A stretch of DNA of 64,000 bases from the IMG/VR virus record IMGVR_UViG_3300046660_000716, positions 195,339 to 259,338 of that record; one strand, 5' to 3'. The stretch's first letter is position 1. Each line of letters begins with the position of its first letter. Of this stretch, positions 35,656-44,534 are shown piece after piece. Made by a program: the position numbers and the translations under genes. A model generated the notes under the pieces. It worked only from the letters and a program-made list of their open reading frames with translations, was not told the origin of the DNA and did not search any database.

Positions 35656-36015
35656 ATGAACACGTTGTCCCCAACAACCAGCTGGGAATCCGCCCTGGAG
35701 CAGCTGACGGCTCTTCCGGTGGAACACCAGGACGCGTACGGCGCCATGAACTTCATGCGCGCCGGTCGCTACCGAAACAACGGCAGGCGCCTCTTCGACG
35801 AGATCAAGCGCGTGCTGACCGAGAACGACCTCGACATGGAGGTGGTGACCGGCTTCGTCGACACCTCGCTCGTCGAGACGCTCGGCATCGCCAACGACGA
35901 GACCACGGTCGCTTCGTGCCCGGACTTCGTGGCGGCGTCGTGCAAGTTCCTGGCTGCGCGGCTGCGGCACCAGGAGACCGGCGTGCAGTTCATCGTCTCG
36001 GTGCAGGACCAATAA
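35656..36015 (+). CDS. Hypothetical protein
   Basis: 119 aa, AGGAAG RBS, terminator downstream. Confidence 0.7.
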   Translation: MNTLSPTTSWESALEQLTALPVEHQDAYGAMNFMRAGRYRNNGRRLFDEIKRVLTENDLDMEVVTGFVDTSLVETLGIANDETTVASCPDFVAASCKFLAARLRHQETGVQFIVSVQDQ

Positions 36016-36029
36016 GGCATTCAAGGACT

Positions 36030-36062
36030 GGGAAGCGGGCGACCGCTTCCCTCCCCTTTTTC
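36030..36062 (+). terminator. Rho-independent terminator
   Basis: GGGAAGCGG-GCGA-CCGCTTCCC stem followed by TCCCC and a T6 run. Confidence 0.65.
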
Positions 36063-36122
36063 GCAAAATGCCATGATCAACTATTTATCCGACCAGAATT
36101 CTGTCTCACATAGGGAACCCAC

Positions 36123-37937
36123 ATGAACGACAAGCTCAGCATTCGCCCGGCAGCGGGCAGCCACCTCGAAGCCGCTACCACCCTGGTAGCGCAGCACAAT
36201 GCAAACAAGGCTGCGGACGAGGTGGCAGCGGCGCCGCTGCCGAAGATCACCAAGCCTGCGTTCGAGGGTCCACGCAGCAACGTGGTGGCCGGCGACGCGC
36301 ACGCGGTGGCGATCCGCTCGGCGCTGAACACGATCGCTCGCATCGTGGGTCGCACCCTCGGCCCGCATGGCTCGAACACCCTGGTCCGCTCCGAGAGCGG
36401 CTCGCACTTCGCGACCAAGGATGGCTACACCGTCTTGCAACGCACCACGTTCGTGCAGGAGATCGCCACGATGGTCCTGGACCACGTGCGCTCGGTCAGC
36501 CGCACCATGGTGCGCAAGGTTGGCGACGGCTCCACCAGCGCGGTCGTCATGGCGGACTCCCTGTACGACACCATCATCGACACCTCGGTGCTGCGCGACT
36601 TTCCGCCCGGCGCCGTCCAGGCCGTGCTGTCGGCCATCGCCGACGTCCTGGTGGAGAAGATCCGCGAGCGCGGCACCAGCGCCATCTGCGCGGCCGATCT
36701 GCTGACCGTGGCGACCATCTCCGCCAACAACGATCCGGCCATCGGCGCCCTGATCGCCAACGCCTACGAGGCGGGCGGCGAGGAAGCCAATGTATTCGCC
36801 GAGATCGGCACGGGCGACCGCACCGTCGTGCGCAAGGAGCCGGGCTACCGCGTCATGCGCGGCATGGTCCACGAGGCGTTCGCCAACGAGGTCAGCGCCG
36901 AGGGCAGCCGCGCCACGCGCTGCCGCCTGCACGACGTCCGCGTCCTGATCTACGACGGCACCGTGGACCAGTCCACGTTCAACACGCAGATCGCCCCGGT
37001 CATGAACGGCTGCATCGAGCTCGGCGTCGCGTTCGCGCTGGTCGCGCGCGACTACGGCGACGACGTGGTGAAGATCGTCGCCGAGTTCATGCGCAAGAGC
37101 CCCGGCATCAAGCTGGTCATGCTCGACCACGCCGGCGCCACCCGCCGCGGCATGGCTCGCATGGGCGACCTCGCGGCCGTGCTGGGCACGACCGTCGTCA
37201 TGCCGGGCACCAAGATCGACGAGGACCGCCTGGGCTTCGCGGCCGAGGTGCGCTCCGGCCCGAGCGACACGGTGTTCGTGCTGGCGGGCCAAGGCACGGA
37301 CGTGGCCGAGCGCGTGGCTCAGCTGCGCGAGCAGGCCGACCGCATGGACATGAACAACCACGACGAGACCCAGGCCGACGAGATCGCAGAGCTGCGCGCC
37401 CGCATCCGCGCCATGCTGGGAAGCGAGGTCACGATCTCGGTCGGCGGCGCCACCGAGCAGGAGAAGCAGGCCCTGCACTACCTGATCGAAGACTCGATCC
37501 TGGCCGTGCGCGCCGCGAACCGCTCCGGTGTGGTCGAGGGCCTGGGCATGACGGCGCAGCGCGTGCTGGCGGACAGCTCGTCCGACGTGGCCGTCGAGAG
37601 CCTGAAGATCGCCGCGACCCGCACCTCGCTGGGAATGGGCCGCCTATCGGGCCTGGTAGCACACATGATGGTGGCCGTCCAGGCAGCATACCTCGCGGCC
37701 TCCTCCAAGGTGCTGGAGAACGCGCACCTGGATGCCGGCGAAATCATCGGCACCTGCCTGCGCGACGGGAAGTGCTTCGACGTGATGACCGGCGAGTACA
37801 CGGTCGGCGCCACCGTTCTCGCCCCCACGGACACCGACGTGGAGGTCCTGCGCGGCGCCATGTCCATCGTGAGCCTGCTCGTCAGCAGCAACCAGACCGT
37901 CCTGATCCGTCCATCGGCCGGCCTGGGACTCGACTAA
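36123..37937 (+). CDS. groEL: Phage-encoded GroEL-like chaperonin
   Basis: TLGPHG, TKDGYTV, VGDGSTS, ISVGGATEQE, GVVEGLG, GEYTV...PTDTDVEVLRGAMSIVSLL; no GroES nearby. Confidence 0.92.
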   Translation: MNDKLSIRPAAGSHLEAATTLVAQHNANKAADEVAAAPLPKITKPAFEGPRSNVVAGDAHAVAIRSALNTIARIVGRTLGPHGSNTLVRSESGSHFATKDGYTVLQRTTFVQEIATMVLDHVRSVSRTMVRKVGDGSTSAVVMADSLYDTIIDTSVLRDFPPGAVQAVLSAIADVLVEKIRERGTSAICAADLLTVATISANNDPAIGALIANAYEAGGEEANVFAEIGTGDRTVVRKEPGYRVMRGMVHEAFANEVSAEGSRATRCRLHDVRVLIYDGTVDQSTFNTQIAPVMNGCIELGVAFALVARDYGDDVVKIVAEFMRKSPGIKLVMLDHAGATRRGMARMGDLAAVLGTTVVMPGTKIDEDRLGFAAEVRSGPSDTVFVLAGQGTDVAERVAQLREQADRMDMNNHDETQADEIAELRARIRAMLGSEVTISVGGATEQEKQALHYLIEDSILAVRAANRSGVVEGLGMTAQRVLADSSSDVAVESLKIAATRTSLGMGRLSGLVAHMMVAVQAAYLAASSKVLENAHLDAGEIIGTCLRDGKCFDVMTGEYTVGATVLAPTDTDVEVLRGAMSIVSLLVSSNQTVLIRPSAGLGLD

Positions 37938-37950
37938 CCAAGGAGAGAAG

Positions 37951-38247
37951 ATGGAACCGACACCCGAACAGCTGGAGATGCTCCAGTTCGTTGAGAACTA
38001 CGCCGACAAGTACGGCGTAGAGATCGTCACCCTGGACGACATGGACGCCGCGATCGTCGGCGTCGTCGAGTCCGGCATGGTGTCCCCGCGCCTGGCCTAC
38101 GACTACAACAAGTGCGTCGAGATCATCCTGGAGCGCGACGGCGGCATCCGCGCCGACGCCGCCGAGTTCGTCGACCACAACATGGTCAACGGCGACGTGC
38201 GCGACGACTGGCCGGTCTTCCTCTTCCGTCCGGAGGCGAAAGCATGA
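37951..38247 (+). CDS. Conserved phage hypothetical protein
   Basis: AAGGAG RBS; LDDMDAAIVG...YDYNKCVEIL...AAEFVDHN...PVFL pattern. Confidence 0.7.
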   Translation: MEPTPEQLEMLQFVENYADKYGVEIVTLDDMDAAIVGVVESGMVSPRLAYDYNKCVEIILERDGGIRADAAEFVDHNMVNGDVRDDWPVFLFRPEAKA

Positions 38248-38696
38248 GCGCCGAGACCGTGAAGGACATCGTCATCTTCGACCTGGACGGCACGCTGTCC
38301 AACCCCGAGAACCGCACGCACTTCCTGCTGGGCGCCAAAAAGGACTGGCGCGCGTTCTACAAGGCGTGCGGCGGCGACGCTCCGATCAGCAACACCGTGG
38401 CCATCTTCAAGGCGCTGAAGATCTCGAAGCTGTGCTGGGTCGTTACCGGCCGCGAGGACACGGTCAAGCCCGAGACCCTCCAGTGGTTCGCCGAGCACGG
38501 CATCGAGCCCGACAACATGCTCATGCGCCCCGAGGGCGACTACCGCACGGACACCGTCCTGAAGAAGGAGCTGGTGACTAGCGGTCAGATCCCATTCGAT
38601 CGCATCCTCTGCGTGTTCGAGGACCGCAACTCGGTCGTCGACATGTGGCGCGAGATGGGCATCACGTGCTACCACGTGGCGCCAGGAGACTTCTAG
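38244..38696 (+). CDS. HAD-family phosphatase (T4 PseT 3'-phosphatase domain-like)
   Basis: IFDLDGTL, VTGRE, LMRPEGDYRTDTVLK, FEDRNSVVDMWREMGITCYHV; ATGA coupling. Confidence 0.9.
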   Translation: MSAETVKDIVIFDLDGTLSNPENRTHFLLGAKKDWRAFYKACGGDAPISNTVAIFKALKISKLCWVVTGREDTVKPETLQWFAEHGIEPDNMLMRPEGDYRTDTVLKKELVTSGQIPFDRILCVFEDRNSVVDMWREMGITCYHVAPGDF

Positions 38697-38706
38697 GAGA
38701 TAGACC

Positions 38707-39501
38707 ATGCAGCCGCAAGAACCCATGACCGTGCGCGACCTGATCACGAACCCGACGGGTCCGTACTCGAGGCAGGTCGCCGCCCGCTACACCATCCGCG
38801 ACGCGCTCAAGGCCAAGTTTCTGGCCGCGATGAAGGACCCCGCCCGCCGGAAGAGGTTCCAGGCGTCGGTCACGGGCGTGGCGCCGGACTTCGTCGTCTG
38901 GCTCCGCGTTCCCTCCGAGGAGTACGACGTTGTGTACGACGTCGTCCTGCAGCTGCACTTCCCCGAGGGCGTCCGCGCCCTGTCGAGCGCCGAGATCAAG
39001 CTGTACTGCAACTCGCCCTCCTGGGTGTTCACCACGGGCTACGCCGCCCGCGAGGCCGGGATCCTCTTCCCCGGCTGGGAGGGGGCGCTCGGCCGGGCCG
39101 CCAAGGAGAAGCCGAAGGTCACGAACCCGAACCTGGACGTGGGCTTCGACAAGGTGGTGCAGCAGGGCCTCCTGTGGGCGATGGGGCCGGGAGGGCTCCT
39201 GAGCATGGGGGACCTCCAGCGGGCGACCGTGGCCAAGTCCCTGGCTCCGGATCCGCGCGCGCCGGGCCTCTCGGCAGAGGCGAAGCTCTTCGAGTACAAC
39301 CGGGCGAAGGACAAGCACGACGCCCAGAAGCGGACCGAGAAGGCTTCGGCCAAGGCGGCCAAGGAGCTGGACGAGAAGCGCCGGAAGGCCGACGCCGCCG
39401 GCAAGCGCAACGCAACGAAAGCGGCAAAGACCGCATCGGCGTCCAAGACGGTCAAGGCCCGCAAGAGCACGACCGCGCGCAGCAGCACGAAGGCCCGCTA
39501 G
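38707..39501 (+). CDS. Conserved jumbo-phage hypothetical protein with a basic C-terminal tail
   Basis: 264 aa; VPSE..YDVVLQLHF, KLYCNSPSWVFT; Lys/Ala-rich tail. Confidence 0.7.
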   Translation: MQPQEPMTVRDLITNPTGPYSRQVAARYTIRDALKAKFLAAMKDPARRKRFQASVTGVAPDFVVWLRVPSEEYDVVYDVVLQLHFPEGVRALSSAEIKLYCNSPSWVFTTGYAAREAGILFPGWEGALGRAAKEKPKVTNPNLDVGFDKVVQQGLLWAMGPGGLLSMGDLQRATVAKSLAPDPRAPGLSAEAKLFEYNRAKDKHDAQKRTEKASAKAAKELDEKRRKADAAGKRNATKAAKTASASKTVKARKSTTARSSTKAR

Positions 39502-39512
39502 GTTGCGTAACG

Positions 39513-39522
39513 TGATATAATT
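39513..39522 (+). promoter_or_regulatory. Extended -10 element TGaTATAAT
   Basis: Perfect TGnTATAAT in a GC-rich genome, about 60 nt upstream of the sigma-like gene. Confidence 0.6.
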
Positions 39523-39582
39523 CCTTCGCATCCGCAGTGCGCTGGGCCGCACAAAAAACTAGGAAAGCAGAGAAAGAGTCAT

Positions 39583-41100
39583 ATGACAGCATCGGAAGAG
39601 GGATCCGTCACGACGGGGCCAACCGTAAGCCTCGTTGAGGGTAACATCAGCATCGATTTCTCGGGGCACTACGGCAGGCCCATCGAAGACTACAACCATT
39701 TCAGCATGAGCCGGAAGCGCAACTTCTCGGCGATGGCCGAGCGCTGCGCGGGGGGACTCGCGGCGCTCCTGGAGAACCCGGACTTCGCGTGGGGCCTGCT
39801 GAGCCTGCGCTACGACATCTCGCTGCCGGAGGACGACCCGGACTTCGTGACCGAGGAAGCCCTGGCGCAGCGCGTCGCCGACCTGATCGACGAGCGCTCG
39901 GTCGCCACGATCGGCGCGATCGTGGACCACGCCTACGCGGCCGAGGACGTCGACATCGATACCGACCACGGCGGTAAGGCGAACGAGGAGCTGCAGTTCA
40001 CGAACGACCACGCCCTGATCATCCTGCGGTGGACCTTCGCGTGCATGTCCTGTGCTCCGGTCATCACGGCGTTCATGGACGAGCGCGACATTCAGGCGCG
40101 AAACAGCATGAACGTGATCATGGGCGTCTTTACGGCCCTGCTGCGCCGGTTCGAGCCGGCCGACGGGTCCACGGACATCCTGGCCAAGATCCGCAAGCTC
40201 GTCGAGTCGCGCGTCCTCCAGACCCGCTACTCGGACAAGGTGATCTGGAACTACCTGCGCAACGTGGCCACGGACCCGCACATCTTCATCGACCAGCTCT
40301 TCCGCAAGTTCATCGCCGAGGGCATTCCGAAGCTGGAGCAGGGCACGAACGTGATCAAGTTCTTCCACACGTTTCTGCGCAACCAGATCAAGTTCCAGTT
40401 CACGGCCAAGTTCCCGATCTCCTACCGCCCCGTGCGGCAGGACGTCATGGACCCCGAGGGCGTGGGCGCCATGGAGCACCTGGAGAACGAGCTGGTCCGG
40501 CGCGACGAGTCGGCGGTGGTCATCGGGGAGCTGGTGTGCAGCCAGGCCCTGATGCAGACCTACCGGGACGTCGAGTACGAGCCCTCCGAGGAGGAGATCC
40601 TCCACTGGAGCGACATGGTCCGCGAGCACGGCATCAACGAGTGGCAGCGCGGCATGGTCACGAAGTTCTTCCTGCCCCGCATCGGGCGCGTCGAGCACAT
40701 CCTGACCAGGTCGCTCAGCGACTACGTCCGCATGTTCCTCGTCACCCGCCGCTGGCTGGTGCGCAACGACCTGCCGGCCCTGGCCGCGTACATGTCGGCG
40801 CGCGTCACCGACGGCCAGGACGCCCGCAAGCTGATGGCCCGCAAGAAGTTCATCCGCGAGTTCATCGACAGCGACGCCTACCGGGCGCTGCTTGGCGGCT
40901 GCTTCTCGACCACCAGCCAGAGCGTCATCGACAGCGGCGTCATCATCGAGATGATCAGCGCTGTCCACGTCGGCAACTTCGCCCTCCTCCCGGAGTACGG
41001 CGAGGCGGTCGAAGAGGGCCCTCGCCCGACCGTCACCCACCGCGTCGAGACGATCGCGCAGGAGGTCCTGCGCTTCATCGCCCACATCGCGCGGCCGTAA
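39583..41100 (+). CDS. Probable non-virion RNAP promoter-specificity (sigma-like) subunit, AR9 gp226 / phiKZ gp68-like
   Basis: 505 aa, helical. KIRKLVESRVLQTRYSDKVIW and IPKLEQGTNVIKFFHTFLRNQIKF resemble recalled gp226-family segments. Lies a few genes from the chaperonin, as AR9 gp226 does from gp228. Confidence 0.55.
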   Translation: MTASEEGSVTTGPTVSLVEGNISIDFSGHYGRPIEDYNHFSMSRKRNFSAMAERCAGGLAALLENPDFAWGLLSLRYDISLPEDDPDFVTEEALAQRVADLIDERSVATIGAIVDHAYAAEDVDIDTDHGGKANEELQFTNDHALIILRWTFACMSCAPVITAFMDERDIQARNSMNVIMGVFTALLRRFEPADGSTDILAKIRKLVESRVLQTRYSDKVIWNYLRNVATDPHIFIDQLFRKFIAEGIPKLEQGTNVIKFFHTFLRNQIKFQFTAKFPISYRPVRQDVMDPEGVGAMEHLENELVRRDESAVVIGELVCSQALMQTYRDVEYEPSEEEILHWSDMVREHGINEWQRGMVTKFFLPRIGRVEHILTRSLSDYVRMFLVTRRWLVRNDLPALAAYMSARVTDGQDARKLMARKKFIREFIDSDAYRALLGGCFSTTSQSVIDSGVIIEMISAVHVGNFALLPEYGEAVEEGPRPTVTHRVETIAQEVLRFIAHIARP

Positions 41101-41115
41101 AGCACCACCGCAGGA

Positions 41116-41125
41116 CGATATCATT
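41116..41125 (+). promoter_or_regulatory. Putative early or sigma70-like -10 element CGATATCATT
   Basis: Intergenic; same 10-mer as 18918. Confidence 0.45.
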
Positions 41126-41233
41126 TCGGGGATCGGGCTCGCGCTCGATCTCCGACTTTCACTTGTGCAGAGGGAAACACATGAGCAACACCAGCAGCAT
41201 CTGCCCAACAACCGAACAACCCGGAGCGCCCAC

Positions 41234-41590
41234 ATGAGAATTGAACGCCTCAAGATGGGCGTCCGCGTGCGGGTAATACTCAACCGCACGGAGGCGAGGG
41301 AGGCCGGCCTGGCCGCGCTGGTCGCTTCCGGCGCGCTGGCAAAGGACCACACGCAGCGGCCCCGCGCCGCCAAAATCTACGTCGGCGGCATAGGCCGCGG
41401 CGAGGGCGACCTGCACGTCAGACCGTCCGACCTGGAGCGGGAGGCGGTCAAGGTCGCCGCCCGCCAGATCGCCGTCCCCGGAGAAGCCAACTTCCGGGTC
41501 GGTCTGGACGACAAGGGCGAGATCGCCGGCGCCACGTTCCAGTGGTTCGAGGGCGCCGACAAGGGCGCCGCCGAGCTGGTGGCCGACTAG
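41234..41590 (+). CDS. Hypothetical protein
   Basis: 118 aa from ATG 41234; coupled (ATGA) to an 18-codon upstream ORF at 41181. Confidence 0.6.
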   Translation: MRIERLKMGVRVRVILNRTEAREAGLAALVASGALAKDHTQRPRAAKIYVGGIGRGEGDLHVRPSDLEREAVKVAARQIAVPGEANFRVGLDDKGEIAGATFQWFEGADKGAAELVAD

Positions 41591-41604
41591 CGGAGGGGAT
41601 GCGC

Positions 41605-42678
41605 ATGAGCGACGTCATCCAAACGGTCATCGATGCAATCGAGCGATCCGGACGCCCTCTGAGCATCCGGAACGGCGAGTGCAACACGCGCTGCGGGTTC
41701 TGCGGCGATTCCAGCAAGAACGCTTTCAGCAAGCACTTCTACATGAACCTGACCGCGCCCCACCCGTGCTTCTGCCAGCGGTGCGGCTTCCGGTCGGGCC
41801 ACCTCACGGTCGAGATCCTGGAGGCCCTCGGGGCGGCCGAGCGCGACGCCTCGGTGTACGCGCGCACCGTCGAGAAGAGCGAGCGGCGGTCGGGCAGGAG
41901 CAGGCGCAAGCCTCCTTCCCTGGCGGCCGGCAACTCCAGGCTCATCGTGCCGCAGCCGGACCGCTCCAACGCGGACGACGCGGCCGCGATCGGATACGTG
42001 GAGTCGAGGATTGGGGGACCGATCCTCACGCCGAGGGAGATCGAGCGCTACCGGATCGTCACCTGCGGCCTGTACGGCTTCCTGGAGATGAACGGGGTGA
42101 ACGAACTGACCATCCACGAACGCGAGGCCGACAGGCTGAACGAGACGTGCGTGGGCTTCCTCTCCGCCGACGAGAGCTACGTGATCTTCCGCACCATGGA
42201 CGCGGGCCACGTGGCGCGCGGCGGCCGGCGCTACACCAACTACAGGATCTTTCCGGAGTGGGAGGGCAGCAAGTCGTTCGCGTGCAGGTCCGACGTGAAC
42301 CTGCTGGCCCCCCGGCACGGGGTGGTGTGCTCGGAGGGCATCCTGGACCTGATCCAGATCGAGCGGCAGTTCTACCCGGACCGCCGCTGGGAACCGGACC
42401 ATATCGGCGTCGCCACCTGCGGAGCCAGCCACGAGACGATCCTGCGGCAGCTCCTGAGCCTCGGGATCCTGTCCCAGGACGTCAGCCTGTACATCGACGA
42501 CAGGGACGACTGCACGCCCGACCCGGCGATGATGAGCCGGGTGAGGAAGATTCCGGAGACCAGCCCGTTCTTCCAGACCCCGCACTTCAAGATGAGCGTG
42601 TACAGAAACGGGCACCCCGAGGAGAAAGACTTCGGCGTGCAACCAGACAGACTTAGCCGGGTGACCGCCCGGCTGTGA
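41605..42678 (+). CDS. DNA primase (Zn-finger + Toprim; T4 gp61-like)
   Basis: RCGFCGDSSKN...CFCQRCG Zn-binding domain; Toprim VVCSEGILD and LYIDDRDD; GGAGG RBS. Confidence 0.8.
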   Translation: MSDVIQTVIDAIERSGRPLSIRNGECNTRCGFCGDSSKNAFSKHFYMNLTAPHPCFCQRCGFRSGHLTVEILEALGAAERDASVYARTVEKSERRSGRSRRKPPSLAAGNSRLIVPQPDRSNADDAAAIGYVESRIGGPILTPREIERYRIVTCGLYGFLEMNGVNELTIHEREADRLNETCVGFLSADESYVIFRTMDAGHVARGGRRYTNYRIFPEWEGSKSFACRSDVNLLAPRHGVVCSEGILDLIQIERQFYPDRRWEPDHIGVATCGASHETILRQLLSLGILSQDVSLYIDDRDDCTPDPAMMSRVRKIPETSPFFQTPHFKMSVYRNGHPEEKDFGVQPDRLSRVTARL

Positions 42679-42688
42679 AGGAGCGCAA

Positions 42689-43210
42689 ATGGTTGACAGG
42701 CAACGGCTCGACGAGAAGCTGACCCGGCAGGGCCGGCTGGACTACGACTGGCTCAAGTCAATGGGCTACACCATGGCGCGCAACGCCATGGCTGGTGTGT
42801 GGGAAGTCATCGAGGGCAACGACAAGGACAATGGGCTGGTCTTCGCCCAGCCCACGCTGCAGGAGGCCGTGACGCACGCGGCCGAAGAGCTCGAATGGCA
42901 CGCCAGTACCGAGCGCCCAGCCGATCGGTTCGACGCCTTCGTGAAGCGGCTGGAGAACGTGCCGGACAATACGTGGTGGTGCATCATCGTTGTGCTGGTC
43001 GTGCTGGCTGTGTCAGGGGTGCTCGTTAAGCGCAGCGCCGCCGCGCATGAGGCCGCCGCGCGACGGACCGCCGTCTACATGGAAATGCACAACTGCCGAC
43101 GCACCGGCTTCGTGGGCACCCAGGGCCGCGTCCAGTCGACCAACGCGTGCGACAACGGACTGTGGCTGTACGACGAGCTCGAGAAGCTCGCAAAGAAGGA
43201 ATCCGAGTAA
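42689..43210 (+). CDS. Hypothetical membrane protein
   Basis: AAGGAG RBS; one TM segment (WWCIIVVLVVLAVSGVLV); C-terminal Cys pair. Confidence 0.7.
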   Translation: MVDRQRLDEKLTRQGRLDYDWLKSMGYTMARNAMAGVWEVIEGNDKDNGLVFAQPTLQEAVTHAAEELEWHASTERPADRFDAFVKRLENVPDNTWWCIIVVLVVLAVSGVLVKRSAAAHEAAARRTAVYMEMHNCRRTGFVGTQGRVQSTNACDNGLWLYDELEKLAKKESE

Positions 43211-43212
43211 GA

Positions 43213-43803
43213 ATGCAGGAAATGAACATGATACGGCTGATGATGGCCGGCGGCAGAGCCGTCAGCCTGTCGTCAGTCCTGCTCGCGCTGGACGGCGAGC
43301 GAACGAAGACAATGCCAAGGAGAGCAGAGATGATGGAAGTCAAACCGACGGTGAGCGTGCGGCGCCTGCAGGACCGCCTGCGCGCCACGCTGTCCCAGAT
43401 GGGCGTTGCCGAGGGTAGCAAGGCCGCGCTGAAGCACGAGGTGGCGTTCCTCCAGGGGGCCGCGGAAGCGCTCAGCGAGAACGTGCCGCCCGCCGTCCTG
43501 ATGTGCGCCCTCGCGGGTCGCTCGATCCTGGGGCTGGAGTCCAAGGACGAGCCGGCTCCAGCCAAGGACGAAGTGGTCCACCTGGTGGTGGACACCGTGC
43601 AGGGGTTCTCCCACCGCCTGGTGGTCAACGGCGAGGCCGGTGCGGAAGCCGGCTACGCGGACGTCGCGGAGAACGGCGTCTACCGGGCGGGCATCCCGGA
43701 CTACTGGGGCGCGGACGCTCCCCGCGTGTGGAAGGTCGTCCCGGTCGAGTACGCCGTGGACGACTCGCAGACCGGCGCCGCCGCGCCTGCAAAAACGAAT
43801 TGA
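43213..43803 (+). CDS. Hypothetical protein
   Basis: In-operon ORF; start uncertain (43213, 43222 or 43228). Confidence 0.55.
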   Translation: MQEMNMIRLMMAGGRAVSLSSVLLALDGERTKTMPRRAEMMEVKPTVSVRRLQDRLRATLSQMGVAEGSKAALKHEVAFLQGAAEALSENVPPAVLMCALAGRSILGLESKDEPAPAKDEVVHLVVDTVQGFSHRLVVNGEAGAEAGYADVAENGVYRAGIPDYWGADAPRVWKVVPVEYAVDDSQTGAAAPAKTN

Positions 43804-43805
43804 TA

Positions 43806-43817
43806 AACACAGAACTA
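43806..43817 (+). promoter_or_regulatory. Putative late-type promoter AACAcagaacTA
   Basis: Intergenic motif match 26 nt upstream of dcd. Confidence 0.65.
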
Positions 43818-43843
43818 TACAGTTCAAATAAAGAGGAACCCGA

Positions 43844-44479
43844 ATGTTCATCCCCGACTTCCAGATCGAGGCCCTCTGCGGCGACGGCTATCCGCGCACC
43901 TGGTCCCCGTCCGGCGGCCCCCACGTGGGCCAGGAGTTCCCCATCGAGAACGCCGGTCCCCTGATCTCGCCGTTCGCGGCCGAGTTCCTGGGCGCGGCGT
44001 CGTACGACATCCAGATCGGCAACAAGTTCGCGAGCCCCCTGGAGATGGAGGCGTATGTCATGCGCAGCGGCCAGGTCGTCCGCAAGCTGCCTCCGAGCAA
44101 GGAGATCGACGGTCTGCTCCTGAAGCTGCACGCGGACGAGCGCATCGATATCATTCTGCAGCCCAAGCAGCCGGTGCTGTGCCACTCGACCGAGTACGTG
44201 CGCATCCCGCCGCACCTGGTCGGCCTGCTGACCGTGCGCAGCAGCTTCGCCCGCGACTGGATCGACCACTCGTCGGCCACCTCCGTGTGGCCCGGCTTCC
44301 AGGGCAACATCACGTTCGAGCTGACCAACAGCAGCCCGTCCACGTACCGCCTGCGCTCGGGCGCGCGCGCCCTGCAGCTCGCCTTCGCCAAGATGGCGGC
44401 GGTCCCGGCCAAGCCGTACAACGGCGTGTACCAGAAGCAGGAAGGTCAGCTGCACAGCCGCATGGTGCACGAGAAGTAA
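43844..44479 (+). CDS. dcd: dCTP deaminase
   Basis: ASYDIQIG, RSSFAR, VWPGFQGNITFEL, ALQLAF, PYNGVYQKQ. Confidence 0.9.
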   Translation: MFIPDFQIEALCGDGYPRTWSPSGGPHVGQEFPIENAGPLISPFAAEFLGAASYDIQIGNKFASPLEMEAYVMRSGQVVRKLPPSKEIDGLLLKLHADERIDIILQPKQPVLCHSTEYVRIPPHLVGLLTVRSSFARDWIDHSSATSVWPGFQGNITFELTNSSPSTYRLRSGARALQLAFAKMAAVPAKPYNGVYQKQEGQLHSRMVHEK

Positions 44480-44484
44480 CACGC

Positions 44485-44513
44485 AGGCCCATGGTCAATC
44501 CGGCCATGGGCCT
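44485..44513 (+). terminator. Hairpin AGGCCCATGG...CCATGGGCCT
   Basis: 10-bp perfect stem extendable to 12 bp after the dcd stop; GCCCAT family. Confidence 0.55.
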
Positions 44514-44534
44514 CACATATCGAAGGAGAATGCA

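Noticed and set aside
36123-37937. Host chromosome or contamination suggested by groEL, rnhA, dcd and ter genes
   Set aside because: The genes are divergent from bacterial orthologs, groES is missing, and they are interleaved with tail, baseplate and split RNAP genes under shared phage motifs.
37913-37937. GroEL C-terminus AGLGLD as another IELGL tag
   Set aside because: No acidic-x-hydrophobic prefix and no preceding E|A site; probably coincidental.
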